The notes under the pieces were generated by a model. It saw nothing but the letters and a program-made list of their open reading frames with translations, was not told where the DNA came from and searched no databases. Below, piece by piece: positions 24,541 through 38,034 of a DNA stretch of 64,000 nucleotides. This DNA is from Lama glama (taxonomy: Eukaryota). A program made the position numbers and the translations under genes. The DNA lies in NCBI GenBank assembly GCA_028534125.1, contig CM052816.1, positions 93,870,001 to 93,934,000 of the forward strand, written 5' to 3'. How positions within the stretch are numbered: position 1 is the stretch's first letter; every line of letters starts with the position of its first letter.

Positions 24541-25839
24541 TATTTAAAATACCTTAGAAGGAATTTGGGTGCCTGAGGACAGTTTTTGGTGCCAAAGATC
24601 TATGCTATTCTCAACATTAAAGACAAAATGTATAACCAAAGTCTAGTATTGTATTTAGAAAGCCAAGAATTACTGTAAATGTGAAAACTAAATTTAATTT
24701 GGTACTTTGATTATTTATTTCAGTAAAAGGTTATAATTATGCAATGGTGCTAAACATTTTAACTGTGTATACTTAATAGAGAGTATTTTCAAGTCATCTC
24801 TTGTTTTGATTCATGTGTTTATTGTTTAAATACGTTGTGTTTGAGTGCTTGAAAGATACTATTATGTATGATGGATGATGCTACTTTAGGAAAGCTGGAA
24901 AAGTTATTGAGATGCTACATTTTACATTCTATTTGACAGACTTAAACAGATAATCTATGCAAAGTCAGGTATATAGCTAAGGGGTAAAAAACAGACTAAC
25001 CTCAAGAAATATCTTGTGTCAGCAGAAGAACATGGAAATTGTTGGATAGTAGCCAATTTCATGAAAAGAGTGATGTAAGTTTAATTCTATCTGGAGTTCC
25101 TAGTCAGTCATCTAGAAAATTATCAACAGGATGGAATATGTATACAAGGATAATGGAAAAATATAGAAACAACAAAAAAATTTAAAAAATAGCCTTAGAA
25201 GATTTTGGCTATTTGAATAAGATATAAATAGGTTCATTGAAAATATAGTAATATATAGAAGATGTCTATCAGTGAATTTTAACTGGTCATAAGCACTGGT
25301 AAAGTTGTTCTTTCTCTTCCTTATTTTGTGTTCGTTTGTTTTTAGGCATACATGATGACTAAGTTTCAAACAAAGAAAATCAATGCAACTGATGAGAAAA
25401 AATGACAATGTTAGTGCTATCAATAAAGAGAAACTAAAGTGGAATTTCAATGAGATGCAGTATTATAAGCAAAAGGAGGAATTTGATGCCAGAAAATGTA
25501 AACTCCAAAGCATGTACAGAATAAAATTCTTAAATGTATTATGTAGGACAGAGTTATTCCACCGTGAGAGCAGTTAAAAGTCACACAGCAGTAAGGAGGA
25601 TTAAATTGAAAGCACTGCCAAAACTAGAAGTCTAGGAAAATACAGTGCAATTGTAATTAATTATTTTGTAATTAGCTAAAGATGGCTTGTGGTGAAAAGG
25701 ATTTACTGTAAATTGCAATACCCTTTGGTCAGAACACAATTTCCTTAGAAATATTGATCTTCCTTGTTTATGTATGGAAGTAATCTAGATAAGTGATTTT
25801 TTTTTATCCTGGAAAAAAATAAATCATTTAACCTCACAG

Positions 25840-26290
25840 CCTTGTGTCAACGGGAAGTGGTACTGAGGTGAAGGCTTGTTGATAAGTCATTTGATTGAGG
25901 AATGTGATCCCAAAAGCAGAAGGAAGGGGTGGAGGACAGATGCAAGGAAGGAAGTGGTTACATGAAGGAAGCATCATCAAGTTGACCGCTGCTAAGGGTG
26001 ACGACTGGCTGGACCCAGCACAGGGAAGCTGAATCAGTGATGTATTTATACATCAGCTCTCATCATTCATTGTCTAAAAGTTTGCCCAGTAAGACATTAA
26101 TTCTGCTTATTTCATATGATGGGTGCCGAATAGGCTTTCACAGAAGCCCACACTGCAGTAATAACAGAGACGTCCTGAACATAGGAGCAAATGTCAACAC
26201 CATCCTGTGTCAGCGTACTGTCAGTATCTACTTGTGTGAAGATGGAAGGATGTTGTGCAAAACTAGTTATTGCAGGTGTACCTGGAATAA
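25840..26290 (-). mobile_element. ERVL LTR (LTR16-like)
   Basis: 'aagtcatttgattgaggaatgtgatcccaaaagcagaagg...catcaagttgaccgctgctaagggtgacgactggctggaccc' resembles antisense LTR16. Confidence 0.6.
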
Positions 26291-26527
26291 GAGATAAAAT
26301 GGGACTAATTGTCTAGACGTGATGGAGAAGAGGTGTGCAGCACATAATACTATAGTCTGTGCCTAAAATTATAGTGAAATTTAGCTTCTTTCAGCTTACC
26401 AGATGAGTGTTTGCTATAATTTATCTGGACACATTTATCTGTCACTCTTCACCTGTTGTTCCCTTGGAACTAAATACATTGTCTCTAAATATGTATTTGG
26501 ATCTCAGAAGAATCTTCACCTAGAATC

Positions 26528-26690
26528 TTACTACTGAAGGGTGTGGCTTATGAACCAACAGCATTGGTACATGAGTGCTCATGAGAAGTGCAGAATTTCA
26601 GGCCCATTCCCAGATCTAATGAATTGGAATCTTCACTTTGACAAGGCTCCCACATGACATGTGAACTCATGACATGTGGAGAAGCATGAA
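26528..26690. mobile_element. hAT-Charlie MITE (MER5A-like)
   Basis: 'gaagtgcagaatttcaggcccattcccagatctaatgaattggaatcttcactttgacaaggctccc' is the MER5 core. Confidence 0.8.
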
Positions 26691-27056
26691 TCCGGATGGG
26701 ATCTTTGTTAACTTTACTTCTAATCTTTTGTTTAACTTGAGGGTTAACTAAACGGAAATGGACCCCAAACTAAAAACACTTTTCTCTGAATGAATTCACC
26801 TTTACTGAAGAATTTATGAAAAAATATACTGAAAGAACCAGTTTGTCATTGGCCATGCTATATACCCAGCTGCATACAACATTAATAAATTTCGAAACTA
26901 TTTAAAATTTATAATCACATTCATAATGTAATACATGATTACATATTTTAAAATGTTAAAAACATACCTCTTGTTAATGTTTATTATGTATTTTTGAAGT
27001 ATGAAAGATTCCTTTTGTAAATCATTGGTATAACATTGGGAAATAGATAAATTTTT

Positions 27057-28916
27057 CTTCATGTCAGCAAGATGGTGGAATGGGAAATGAAAAGTCCCAG
27101 CCCTCAGACCCCAGAAAAATGCTAATTCAACAATGATACATGAACTAAAATATCTTTATAAGAAGAAGAGTTTCTAGTTGAGAAGTTGTAATACACTAGA
27201 CAAGCACATAAAACAGTCCCATTGAAATGGGAGGAAAAAAGAGAGGCTGAATGTTCATCCAGCTACCTTGGCCTTTCAGGGCACTGCCTCAGGGAAAATA
27301 AGTGGTGGCAAATCAGCTCTGAGAGATTCACACAAGGTACACAACCCTGAAACTCCTCCCCAAAAGGGAAGGAAAGGGATGGAGAGTGTGCACTCATAGA
27401 AAAGGACTGAAAGCATCCCAGGAATCACCATCTGGGCTGATTGGTAAAGGTCTCACTCTGTCAAAGCCTCTCTGTGAAAAATGGAAGAGATGAACTTTTT
27501 CAAATGCGCAGACACCAATACGAATCACACCCCTACAAAAAATTAAACACAGAGAAGACAGCAACAGAGGGGGAAAAAATGACAAACTATAAGATAGGCA
27601 GAGAACAATTTAAAAATGACAACATCGTTTCCTTCCCTAACAATAATTACTTTAAATGTTAATGGATTAAACTTCCAAATCAAAAGACAGAGTAGCTAAA
27701 TAAAACAAGATCCAACTGTGTTGTCTAAGAGAATCATTTTAGGGTTAAGTACACATATACAAGCAAAACTTGGAAGTATCATGGGTTCAGTTCCAGACCA
27801 CTGCAACAAAGCTAATATCATAGAAAGTGAGTCACACACATTTTTTGGTTTCCCAGTGTGTATGAAAGTTATGTTTATACTCTACCATAGTCTGTTAAGT
27901 GTGTAATAGTATTATTTAAAAAAGCTCAGGCAATTTAAAAAATATTTTATAGCTAAAAAGCACTATCACTTGAGTCTTCAGCAAGTCATAATCCTTTTGC
28001 AATAGTAACATTAAAGATCACAGACACCTTAAGAAATATATAATACTGAAAAGATTGAAGTATTGCAAGAATTATCAAAATGTGACACAGAGACACGTAG
28101 GGAGAAAATGCCATTGGAAAAATGGCACGCATAGACTTGCTCAACCCAGAGTTGTGACAAATCTTCAATTCATAAAAAATGCCACATTTGCAAAGCATGA
28201 TAAAGCAAACGGCAATGTAATGATGTATGCCCGTAGACTGAAAGTGAAAAGATAGTGAAAAGATGCTCCATGCAAATTGTAGCCAAAAGGTTGTAGGGGT
28301 AGTTATACTTACACCAGACAACATGTACTTTAAATCAAAAGCTGACGTGAGACAAAAAAGTACATTATATAATGGTAAAACAAAATCAATTCATCAGGAA
28401 GGTATAACAATCATAAATATATATGCACCCAACATCAGAGAACCCAAATGCACAAAGGAAACATTGACAGGAATGAAGGGAGAAGTAAACAGCAATACAA
28501 AAATAGTAGAGCCTTTGAATGGCCCACTTTCAACAATGGGTAGATCAGAAGGAAAATCAATGTGGAAGCAGCTCATTTGAACAACACGACCTTCTATGAT
28601 ATGGCATTGTGCTAAATGAAATCACCCAGTCACCAAAAGACAAAAACTTCAAGATTCCACTTAGATGTCCAAAAACAGTCAAATTCATAGAAGCAGGCAG
28701 TGAGTAGAATGGTTATTCCTAGGCACTGAGGAGAGGGGGGAATAGGGAGTTCAACAGTATAAAGTTTCAGTAGCACAAGACGAATAAGTTCTATTGATCT
28801 GTTGTACATCATAGTGCCTGTAGTTAATGGTACTACATTGCACACTAAAAATTTATTAGGAGTTTAGTTCCCATGTTAAAGTTCTTACCACAACATAAAT
28901 AATAGAATAAAATTAA
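27057..28916 (+). mobile_element. Internally deleted LINE-1 (L1MA10/L1MB1-like): 5' UTR, endonuclease part and 3' UTR
   Basis: 5' start 'caagatggtgg'; endonuclease start 'ataattactttaaatgttaatggattaaac'; ORF 28263-28580 'KSIHQEGITIINIYAPNIREPK' is the L1 endonuclease; 3' end 'gttcttaccacaacataaa' plus an A-rich tail. Confidence 0.88.
27760..28233 (-). mobile_element. Tigger1 internal-deletion derivative (Tigger1a-like) nested in the L1 endonuclease
   Basis: Both Tigger1 termini are present ('gggttcagttccagaccactgcaacaaagc' and 'gatgtatgcccg'). TA duplication at 27758-27759 and 28234-28235. Removing it rejoins L1 ORF2 ('acacata-ta-gactgaaagtgaaa'). Confidence 0.93.
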
Positions 28917-29464
28917 AAAGTAGGAAATTTTTAAAAGTAAATTTACATAAATGCTGCACATAGCATTCTCATTAAAATAAACTATTTTTGTTAATATTAT
29001 AGTCCATTTCTCATTTTTATTGTTTTTATCCTCTCTCCCTCTCTTTCCCCCTCTCTTTCTTTCTCTCTCTTTCATTGTGGAAAACATGGTTTATGGAAGT
29101 CTCGGAAGAGCTCTGTATATATAAATTTTAAAAACCTGGGTGCTTTGATTTTCTCCCATTAGACAACTATACAGTCTTACTGATTTTGTGATTGGTTTTA
29201 GAACCAAGAGAGTCTGGTCTTTGTTAAACCATACCTAACATGGAAGCACATGCTTCCACAAAATAATAGTTTTAATTCTTCCAGGAGATTTAAAGAGCAA
29301 TGATGTCACAGTTGCTCTACCGTTTCTCAGTTCCTCCTTGTCATTTATAGCTGAGAACCTGCATTCTCCAGTAAACATTCAAGGGACGAGGGAAAAAGCT
29401 AGGAAAAGGATGGTACATCTCAAGTGGCACCTTACTTTTGTTGTATTTTAATTATTCTTTTTTT

Positions 29465-29981
29465 TTCACTTTTTCTTAAACAATTATACACATATCCCAA
29501 AGAAAGTGCACAAGTGATATGCTGAATTGGATTTCACAAAATGAGCACACTCATATCACATCATTGAAAACAAGAAAAAATGTTACTAGCACCCCTAAAC
29601 TTCCCTGCTTTGTCCCTCTTGCCATCATTAAGTCATCACCTCGCCAAGGATCACCAATAATGTGACTATGCATTATATATAAAAAGACCATTTGGCATAT
29701 ATCTAGTTTTTTGTGTACAGCTCCTTTTTGGTTGTGGAGATTATCTATGATGTTCTGCACTGTCCGTTCTCTTTGTAGTAAGTATAGGTTTCCAATATGT
29801 GATTATTCTACAAGTTGCTATGGTTTTCAGTCGTGTCTCGCTCATATAGTATTGTTATAAGCATTTCAGTGTGAGTATATTGGTGATCTAGCATGCATGT
29901 TCTGAGTATATGCTTAGAGTGAAATTGGTGAGTCATATGTGTTGGTTCAACTTTAGTGGTTACAGTTAAACTGTTTTCTAG
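29465..29981 (-). mobile_element. Old LINE-1 3' region (L1ME-like)
   Basis: 'gaaagtgcacaagtg...atttcacaaaatgagcacactcat' and 'tatatgcttagagtgaaattggtgagtcat'. Confidence 0.7.
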
Positions 29982-31329
29982 CCTTTGGCTGGGAAAAACC
30001 ATGGAGAATTATTATCTGTAGTCGACATTTGGACAACATCATGACAAGCACCTTCAACTGTGTCGTTGAAAATGGATGGACAAATCAAACTGAATTTAGA
30101 GATGTACTATTTGACATACACCCCCATGGTATTAATTGTGCATAAAGACCAGAAATCAATAGAGAGCGAATAAAGCATTAGTGTATTTTAAGACTCACAC
30201 ATTTGAAGAACAAAGTCCATAGTAAACAATTCTCTGGCAAAACAGGAGGACGTGGATTGGATCTCTGATAACCATACACCTTGGCTCTCTCTTGTAGTGA
30301 TCTGTATCTTCGAAACAAACTCTCAGAAAAGTTTTCTGTATACTGTACGTAAAAACGCAGCCAACTCCACTGACCTAGCTGTCGTAAAAAGGGAAGCACA
30401 AAAGATGAAGGAATTGAAGCAAACTCATCTCTAATGAACGTGGAGTCATGACCACTGAGGTTCTTTTCCCAGGAAAAGGAGCAGGTAAGGGAGCAGTAGG
30501 GGGTTTAGAGGACGAGACTGGGAGGTTTGTGCAAACTTTTTTGAGGGAAAAACAGAGAGGAAGGCATTTTTACATTCTTATGAACTCTTATACAGTAAAG
30601 ATGAACAATTAAGATGTTTTGAATTTTCTAGGAAAACCAGGTTGGATATGCGTGCTTGCTCATGCTGCTTGTATTTGTGTACGCCTCCTTTTTGGAACTT
30701 ATCAAGAAGAGGACGTGCTAGAATATGAAGCATGCAGATTTTCATTTTACTACAAACACCTGATTTCTCTTCAACATGGCTATACAAAATTGCACTCCAA
30801 TAAAAAAATGCATGAATTTTCCTAATTTGTCCACAACAAATTATATTGTTTAGATAAAACTGCAATTCCTGAATAGTGAGTTAGAGCGTTTTTCTAAACA
30901 GTGATTCATTTTCAGTTCCATGCTAATATTTTTTTCAATAATTTAAATTGGCTTGTTGGACTTGATATAATCCATTAGAAGGGTTTCTTCAAGTATTTTG
31001 GCAACTAGTCCTTTTAGTCTATTGTATCTATTTGAAAGCATGTTCCTTAAGATTCACATATAAAATTGTACTTGGTTATAAGGATAATTTAATGTACTGA
31101 AGTTTGTCGTTGATCCCCATTTAATTTTTCTTGTATCCAAGGATGACATGGGAAAACTGGAATAAAGTAGTGAGCCAAGCCACAGGCATGTGATCATATG
31201 ACTATTGCTCTGGGACAGAGCACTAGTGAAAACCAGTGAAAAAATATGGGACCAGTGAATGTATGGTTCTAGACACAGTCTCTTTCTATACTGAAAACAC
31301 ATGTATGTATAGTTGTAGAGTAATAAATA

Positions 31330-32560
31330 AGAATTATAGTTTTCCTATACACTATGTGCAAAACTGTATTACAGTTGAATAAAAAGACCTAAACACAAAG
31401 AACAAATTTTTAGAATGAATAAAGGATAATCTAGTCATTACAGTAGAATAATAACACAAGTTACAAGTTACAAACAATCCAAATCACTAAAATTGAAAAT
31501 CTTGATAGAGACAGATTTGTATCAAACAAGTGCTTTTTAAAATTATGCGTTACAAAACAACACTCTCCAGTGTTAAAAGGTAAGCGAGAGTGTGTATATT
31601 ATTTGCAAGCATATAAGAACCAAGGATTAGCACCCAAGCTTTATAAACAATACTTTAAACCCATAAGTAAATTTAGGCAACACAATAAAAGAGAAGTGAG
31701 CAGTTAACTCAAAAGAAGGGACACCTTAATAATGCAGTAAACGTAGGAAAAGATATTTACTCTCACTTGTAATAGAGCAAGAGAAAATATAACATTATTT
31801 CACAATTTTCCATTGACTCAATTCAAGTTTTTAGTTTAAATTAGTTGTTTGTATTTTCATTTCTTTTGTTGTTTGTTTGTTTGTCTGAATGTGAAAAAAG
31901 AAATCTTTGCTCACTGTTAACCATGTCATCAGTTACAACCACGTGGAATGTTGCTCTCACATCATCTCGAACATGACCGGCAATTTCCGTTTTGGAGCCA
32001 CATCGCTAGAATAAATAACTGTTGGATGTTTTTCAAAGATCTGTTTTAATAAAGAAAAATAAAGAAACCACATTAATTATCTTCAAAGGGGGGGTATTGA
32101 AATACATTGTATAATAGGAAAAGAAATACCACACAACAAATAAAGTAGACATGAATACAGAGAACAATTACAAGTAAATAAATAAAATATATTTAGATGT
32201 AGGTAATTGTAGATAATTGTACAGAGCAGGCAGTCAATAAAGGAAGATATAAAATAATTCATCTACTATACTTTTTTATAAATTTTTATAATTACCACTA
32301 AAATGCAAAAAATCAATTGTTGATATCAGTAACTGTGTTGCATTGTAAGAAGACAGATCGGGAGGATGTGTATATATTTAAAGGTTATGATTACCTCTTG
32401 GGAGGGAAAGAGAGAACGGAAGATGACAATGGTCCATTGAATCTGAACTTTTCATTAAGAACATTAATTCAAACACTAAACACGTTAACATCTGTAATAT
32501 TTTGTCTGTGATCACAGAGGTATTTTTTTAAATACTGTTTTCTATACTTTTCTGCTGTTT
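31330..32560 (+). mobile_element. Old LINE-1 ORF2 3' part and 3' UTR remnant
   Basis: 'gaataaaaagacctaaac' and 'ggaaaagatatttactctcacttgtaatagag'; A-rich sense-strand composition. Confidence 0.65.
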
Positions 32561-33659
32561 CAGATACACCATCATTATTATTTGAACTAAAAATTAATGT
32601 AGTCCTTTACTATTGCTGTTCTTGAAAATGTTTACCAAATTCCGAGGTGAAAAGATCTGTTGTATACACAAGTACACATTTTTCTTCTCAGGGTGCCTAA
32701 GGACATCTATACAATACAGCTGATATCTCATAATATCCTGGATGTGTCAAAAAAAAACGAAGACATTTTTAGCAATAAACTAACATGCAGTGTCAGCATG
32801 CTGAGGTTATCTGAGTCCCTGCCTCCTGTCTAGGCTTGTTTATGTTACACGATATTCCACGATCCTTGGTTCCTAAACCTTATTAACCATAAACAGTTGG
32901 TATTAGCCCAGGTGGGAGAGATCTACATTCTAGAAGGTATTTAATTTGCTCCAACCCAGTGGCGACTGAGGCAAATAGCTGAGAGCCCGACAGCTCCACG
33001 TGGTCCAGACAACGTACCTGATGTTGTTCCTTACTGGGCAGAGCAGAGCACACAGCCCAAAGTATGTTTTTAAAAGAACACATTTGGTATCTGCTTAATG
33101 CAACAATTTTTGTTCCATTTGTGAAGATCAGGTTTTGATAATCCTGCTGAATGTATAATGCATATAAAGGCTGATCTTTCATGTTAATTTTTATTTAGGC
33201 TTCAATTATACCCTAATGATGGTATCCAAATCCCTGTGTACCTTCTGTGTGGAGCACATTCAAGACTTTTTACAAATTCTCTGCCAACGCCAAGAGTATC
33301 ACATGTAAGATTCAGTGTAACCAGTCAACCACATATCTAGAATTTCCTCTACACTTTTTCTGAGTCTGCTAAACTTGGATATGATGATATCTGCTGGGTA
33401 CCATTTTTTTCTCCTGGAACATCATGCTGAAATCATCACATAGTCACAGATTTAAAGTGACAGGTATTGGCTTCTGATTTCTCAGTAGATGGCTTGAAAT
33501 ATGTGGACCAAAGTTAAAACTATGAGAAAATATAGAGTAACCCACTAAACTAGAACAATTGTTTCTAAAGAATTATGTAGGAAAAAAAACAGCAAACCAC
33601 TCTTTCTGTGGACCCACATTTAGAGGCAAATGGGAAATTGGACCAACATTACTTGGACT

Positions 33660-33835
33660 CAAAACCAGGGTATAAAATATCGTAGGCATGTGGCATTGGT
33701 CCAGTTTCTGAACTTGTCTGCATCTCATTACTTTTGTTTATAAGATGAGGCTTTTTAAAATTTAAATCAGCTGAAGTATGCTTATAGCAGTGACTGGAAC
33801 ATATTAAATGTTATATACAAGTGATTATTATTATC
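33660..33835 (+). mobile_element. MIR SINE remnant
   Basis: 3' MIR-like 'gtatgcttatagcagtgactggaacatattaaatgttatatacaagtgattattattat'. Confidence 0.5.
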
Positions 33836-35649
33836 AGCGTGATTACCTCAGAGACTTAAGACGCGTGCTTTTATTAAAATAGCAGCAAGAACAGCAAATA
33901 GTGGTCACAGACAGAATATCTGATAAGGTTAATTGCTTTAAGGCTTCTCAATGCCGTGACTTAATCACTTACTAGTCATGCTCAGGCTCCCAGTAAAAGG
34001 AGTGCTGAAGCTTCCTCTTTTCTCCCTCCTAAAGGACTCTCCTCAGACACTTTTCTTAGACTGGTTGTAAGTGCAAGGACTGCAGTGTGTATACATGAGC
34101 TTCAATATCACACAAGCAATGCTATCAGGACAATTTACAGTTTGACCTTTCACATCCATTCTCCACTGTAACACCTACAATGCATCGTCAACAGATACAA
34201 GCAGATAATCAGGAAATCAACGTAGAGTTGAAAAACCTCCATCTTGCACGTTTTTTGGCCTATGGATTTAAATTTTGTCACAATGTGCATTTCAATACGG
34301 AGTGCAATTCCAAGCAAATTATTCTTATTCTTATAAAAGATGGAAAGATGATTCTCAAGATTATGATTGAATCAGAGGTTTAAAAAGATCATAATTTAAG
34401 GATTCAAAGGTACCATCCAAATAGATAGTTTCATATTTCCGCAGACCCCCAAGGAATAAAATAAAAGTTCAGAATTTGAAACACTGGCTGCAATGTACAC
34501 CTGCCTCATGGTTTTTCCACTGGGTGGAACTAACTCACACCCATTACTGCAAAAATAATACTGGATATTTTGTGAAAAGTGACTGCTCTCTCACTATTTC
34601 TAACTTTAAGTCTAATTAATATTGAGAGGGAAAAAAAGAGGTTAAAAAGGTATTCATCACCAGTAACATGCTAAGAATGGTACAAAATATTACAGAAGAG
34701 CTCTATTTTCATAACAGTGATGGGGATGGGTCCTTGGAAAATGAAGTCTCCTTCAAACACGTTATGAAAAACTTGAAGTAGTTTGTTTGCAAGAAAAGTA
34801 CATTTGAAAAATAGAAAGCTCATGCTTACTGAATGGGTAGATGTGTTGTCATTCTGCTCATGTCCCTATTTCATACTCCTATGTTTGCCAGTAAATTATT
34901 TGGCTCAGTTTCCTCTGAAGTCATTTGGAACTTAGCAAGGGATATTAGCTGATATTCATTAAGATATTTGATATTGGGTATTTTATTTTTCCATCCTTTA
35001 CTTTCTCACTTCTCTCTCCATTTCATCATTCTCCTCTTCTTGACCTCCAACCTCAACAGTTACTACTAGGATACCGCACCCTGCCTGATTTCTACGCATC
35101 TGGTGTCTCATTACCTTCCTCCATTATCGACCAGCAGAGGGGGAAGTGTTCCAAATATAAGTGAAGAGACTGGGAGATGGCGGATAGCTTCGAAACTGAT
35201 GTACCCTACTGCTGATGACTAACGCCCCCAAAGCCTCTTGCTGTGATCAACCTGCCACAAGCAGCTGTCCTCTGGCCAGTGTCTGAGTGTTGTATACCCT
35301 AAGGCTGAAGACCTCTCATAAGGTTTGAATAGCAACAAGGTGACCCTTTTAGGTAAGAGCCTGCCTGACTTAGCAGAATCCTTTACAAACCGCAAAGGTC
35401 CAAACACCTGACTGTTCATCAGCGACTAAGGTGTACACATGCTGGCCCTGCCAACAGATTCTCTACATGGGTGTGTATTCTGCAAAGTCTGGCTCAGTGT
35501 GAGCATAGCTGTCTCAACTGGTCTTCTAAACAAATTAAGAAATAACACATAGTAGTGGTAGGTGTAAGCCAAAAAAAACACCTTTTATTACTTTGGAAGG
35601 TATAGCTAAGTGTGAAAGCAAAATGGGCTTGTTAAAGGGATGGACACTA

Positions 35650-35980
35650 ATCAAGGGTCTCCAGAAAAGTAGATATAGAAGATATTTATTGTAGAGATTG
35701 GGTCACGTGACTATGGCGGCTGAGAATTCCCACGACTTGCCGACTGCAATTGGAGACCTGGGAAAGCCAGTGGCGTGATTCCTCTCCAACCCAAAGGCCC
35801 CAGAACCAGGAGTGCCAGCCAATGTCTGAGGGCAGGAGGCGGATGTCCCAGGTCAAGCAGACAGAGAAAATTTACCCTTCCTCTGCCATTTGGTCCAGTT
35901 CATGACTTCAACAGAATGGGTGAGGTTCCCCCACACCGGTAAGGGTGGTCTTTACTCAGTGCATGGGTTCACTTGCTATT
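35650..35980 (-). mobile_element. ERVL LTR (MLT2B/C-like)
   Basis: 'gattgggtcacgtgactatggcggctgagaattcccacgacttgccgactgcaattggagacctgggaaagccagtgg' matches antisense MLT2. Confidence 0.85.
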
Positions 35981-37484
35981 GGCTGTTTTTGTCCACTGCC
36001 TCCCATTTACTCAGAAAGGTATCCTAAACCTGCCAGCACTTTGAGGGATGTGTCTATTTATCATTTTATTTTTTAGGTTTCCACTTCATACATGTTGACA
36101 TTGTATTACTGGGCGCTTATAAATTCAGAAATGTTACAGAATTTTGATGAACTTTTAACTTTTTTATAACATTACTCCTAGTTTTAAAAAGTCAATATGT
36201 GCATTTTAGAAAAAATAAGAAAAAAAGTCATTTGTAATTATAAGCTGTTTATAGTTTAAGTGCTTATATATCTGGCTAAGTCCTTGTATGTATGAACACA
36301 CAACTGAGCACACATTTGCGTGGTTGATACAGTACATATACCATGCTTTACCAGATATAAAAATACTGATTTATTTAAACTGCAAGCAATGAGCATTTTG
36401 ATAACTATGAACATATTATACCAATTTAATCATGGCAAAAATATAATCCTACCTTTTGTGGGAACACAGAATCCATAGAATGGTATCAGGCCTTTGGACA
36501 AAGATATTGTTATTCACAATAAAGTACTACATTCTTTTAGTGCTCAATTTAAAATGACAAAGAACTGGAATATAGGAAGTATAAAACCTCCAAGAGAATT
36601 TATTAGCAAATATATGTTATTAAAATACTAGGAAAAAAATTGTTTCAATTGAATTATTTACTAACGTATTAATATAATTCAGCCAAGAGATGCACACGTG
36701 CAACAATGATTAAAATCATAAAGGAAATATGAAGACATCCACGGTTGCATGTCGTTCTGTCCCTCTGCTGCCAACCCAGTGAACACGTCCTGCTGTGTAC
36801 CGCTCAGAGGTCGTTCCAAAAGGCCATGTCCAAGATGTTTCTTTCCTTTTAACTACAGCAAGAAGGCTAATTACAGATTAGTTAATTTACTAACTCTACA
36901 TTTTATCCTACACTGTTAACTCAAGATATTTTAATAGCTTAGATGTTACAAAGAATGGGCTTTATCCACAATAAAGACATGCATTTTATCAAAAAATGCA
37001 TGTGGAAAAACCTTTCCTCTGCCTTTTCTCTTCCTCCTCCTCTACCATCCCAGTCGCTAGTACAGAAATGAGTCCAGTTCCAAGAAGAGAACTAACCAAG
37101 ATCACTCTGAAGGTGGTCCTTCCTAACAAATGAACAAAAGGTCATTTATAGCAAGGTTATTTTATTACCTCTCCTTTTAAAACGTTTTGGGAATTAGCAC
37201 AGAGGACTATCAACATACACAGAAACAAAGTATAAAATGCACACACAAAACAAGGGTTATGGTATGAAATGTCTTCTAAATATTACCAGTCTGCTATACA
37301 ACCTTCTCTCCCTCCAAGTACCTTCTGCTCCGTCTCCTCTAGTCCATGAACACATGTGTATGTGTAACTCCTGGTTCACTTCTAGAGATGGTCCAGCCAC
37401 TCCATTTCCAAAAGAAGACATTTCTGTTCCATGCTGTCTTGTTGTGAAGAGCATTGACAATACTTGTGATGTATAACTCTACCT

Positions 37485-37968
37485 TGTCCTTTTTTGACTG
37501 GCTTACTTCACTTAACATAATGTTTTCCAGGTTCATCCATGTTGTAGCATGTGTCAGAATTTCACTTCTGTTTAAGGCTGAATAATACTCCACTGTAGGT
37601 CTCATACACCACATTTTGTTTATCTACCCATGTCTTAATGGGCACTTTGTGTTTCCATCTTCTGGCTATTGTGAATAAGGCCACCATGAACGTTGGTGAA
37701 CAAATATCTATTCAAGTTCCTGCTTTCCATTCTTTGGGTACCTGAAGGCTGGATCACATGATATGTCTATGTTTAATAGTTTAAAGAACTGCCATATGTT
37801 TTCATTGCAGTGCACCATTTTTCTTTCTCACTAGCGATGCACAAGTGTTCAAATTTCCCCATATCCTCACCAATACTTGTTGCTTTTTTCTTTTTTCTGT
37901 TTTTTTTGATAATAGACATCCTAATGCAGGTGAAGGGGTGTCTCATTGCTGTTGGATTTGCATTTGTG
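37485..37968 (-). mobile_element. LINE-1 ORF2 end/3' region (L1MB-like)
   Basis: ORF 37339-37614(-) 'EYYSALNRSEILTHATTWMNLENIMLSEVSQSKKDK' is the L1 ORF2p C-terminus. Confidence 0.9.
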
Positions 37969-38034
37969 CTAATATTTTAATGTGTTATATTCTCCATATA
38001 TTTGGTCCCCAGCTGCATTAATAGTTAATGTTCA

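Noticed and set aside
29982..30128. Plus-strand open frame (FGWEKPWRIIICSRHLDNIMTSTFNCVVENGWTNQTEFRDVLFDIHPH) with a superficial Ig-like 'FNCVVEN' look
   Set aside because: Too short for an Ig-domain exon, the acceptor derives from the adjacent L1 remnant, the donor (G|gtatta) is weak, and there are no partner exons.
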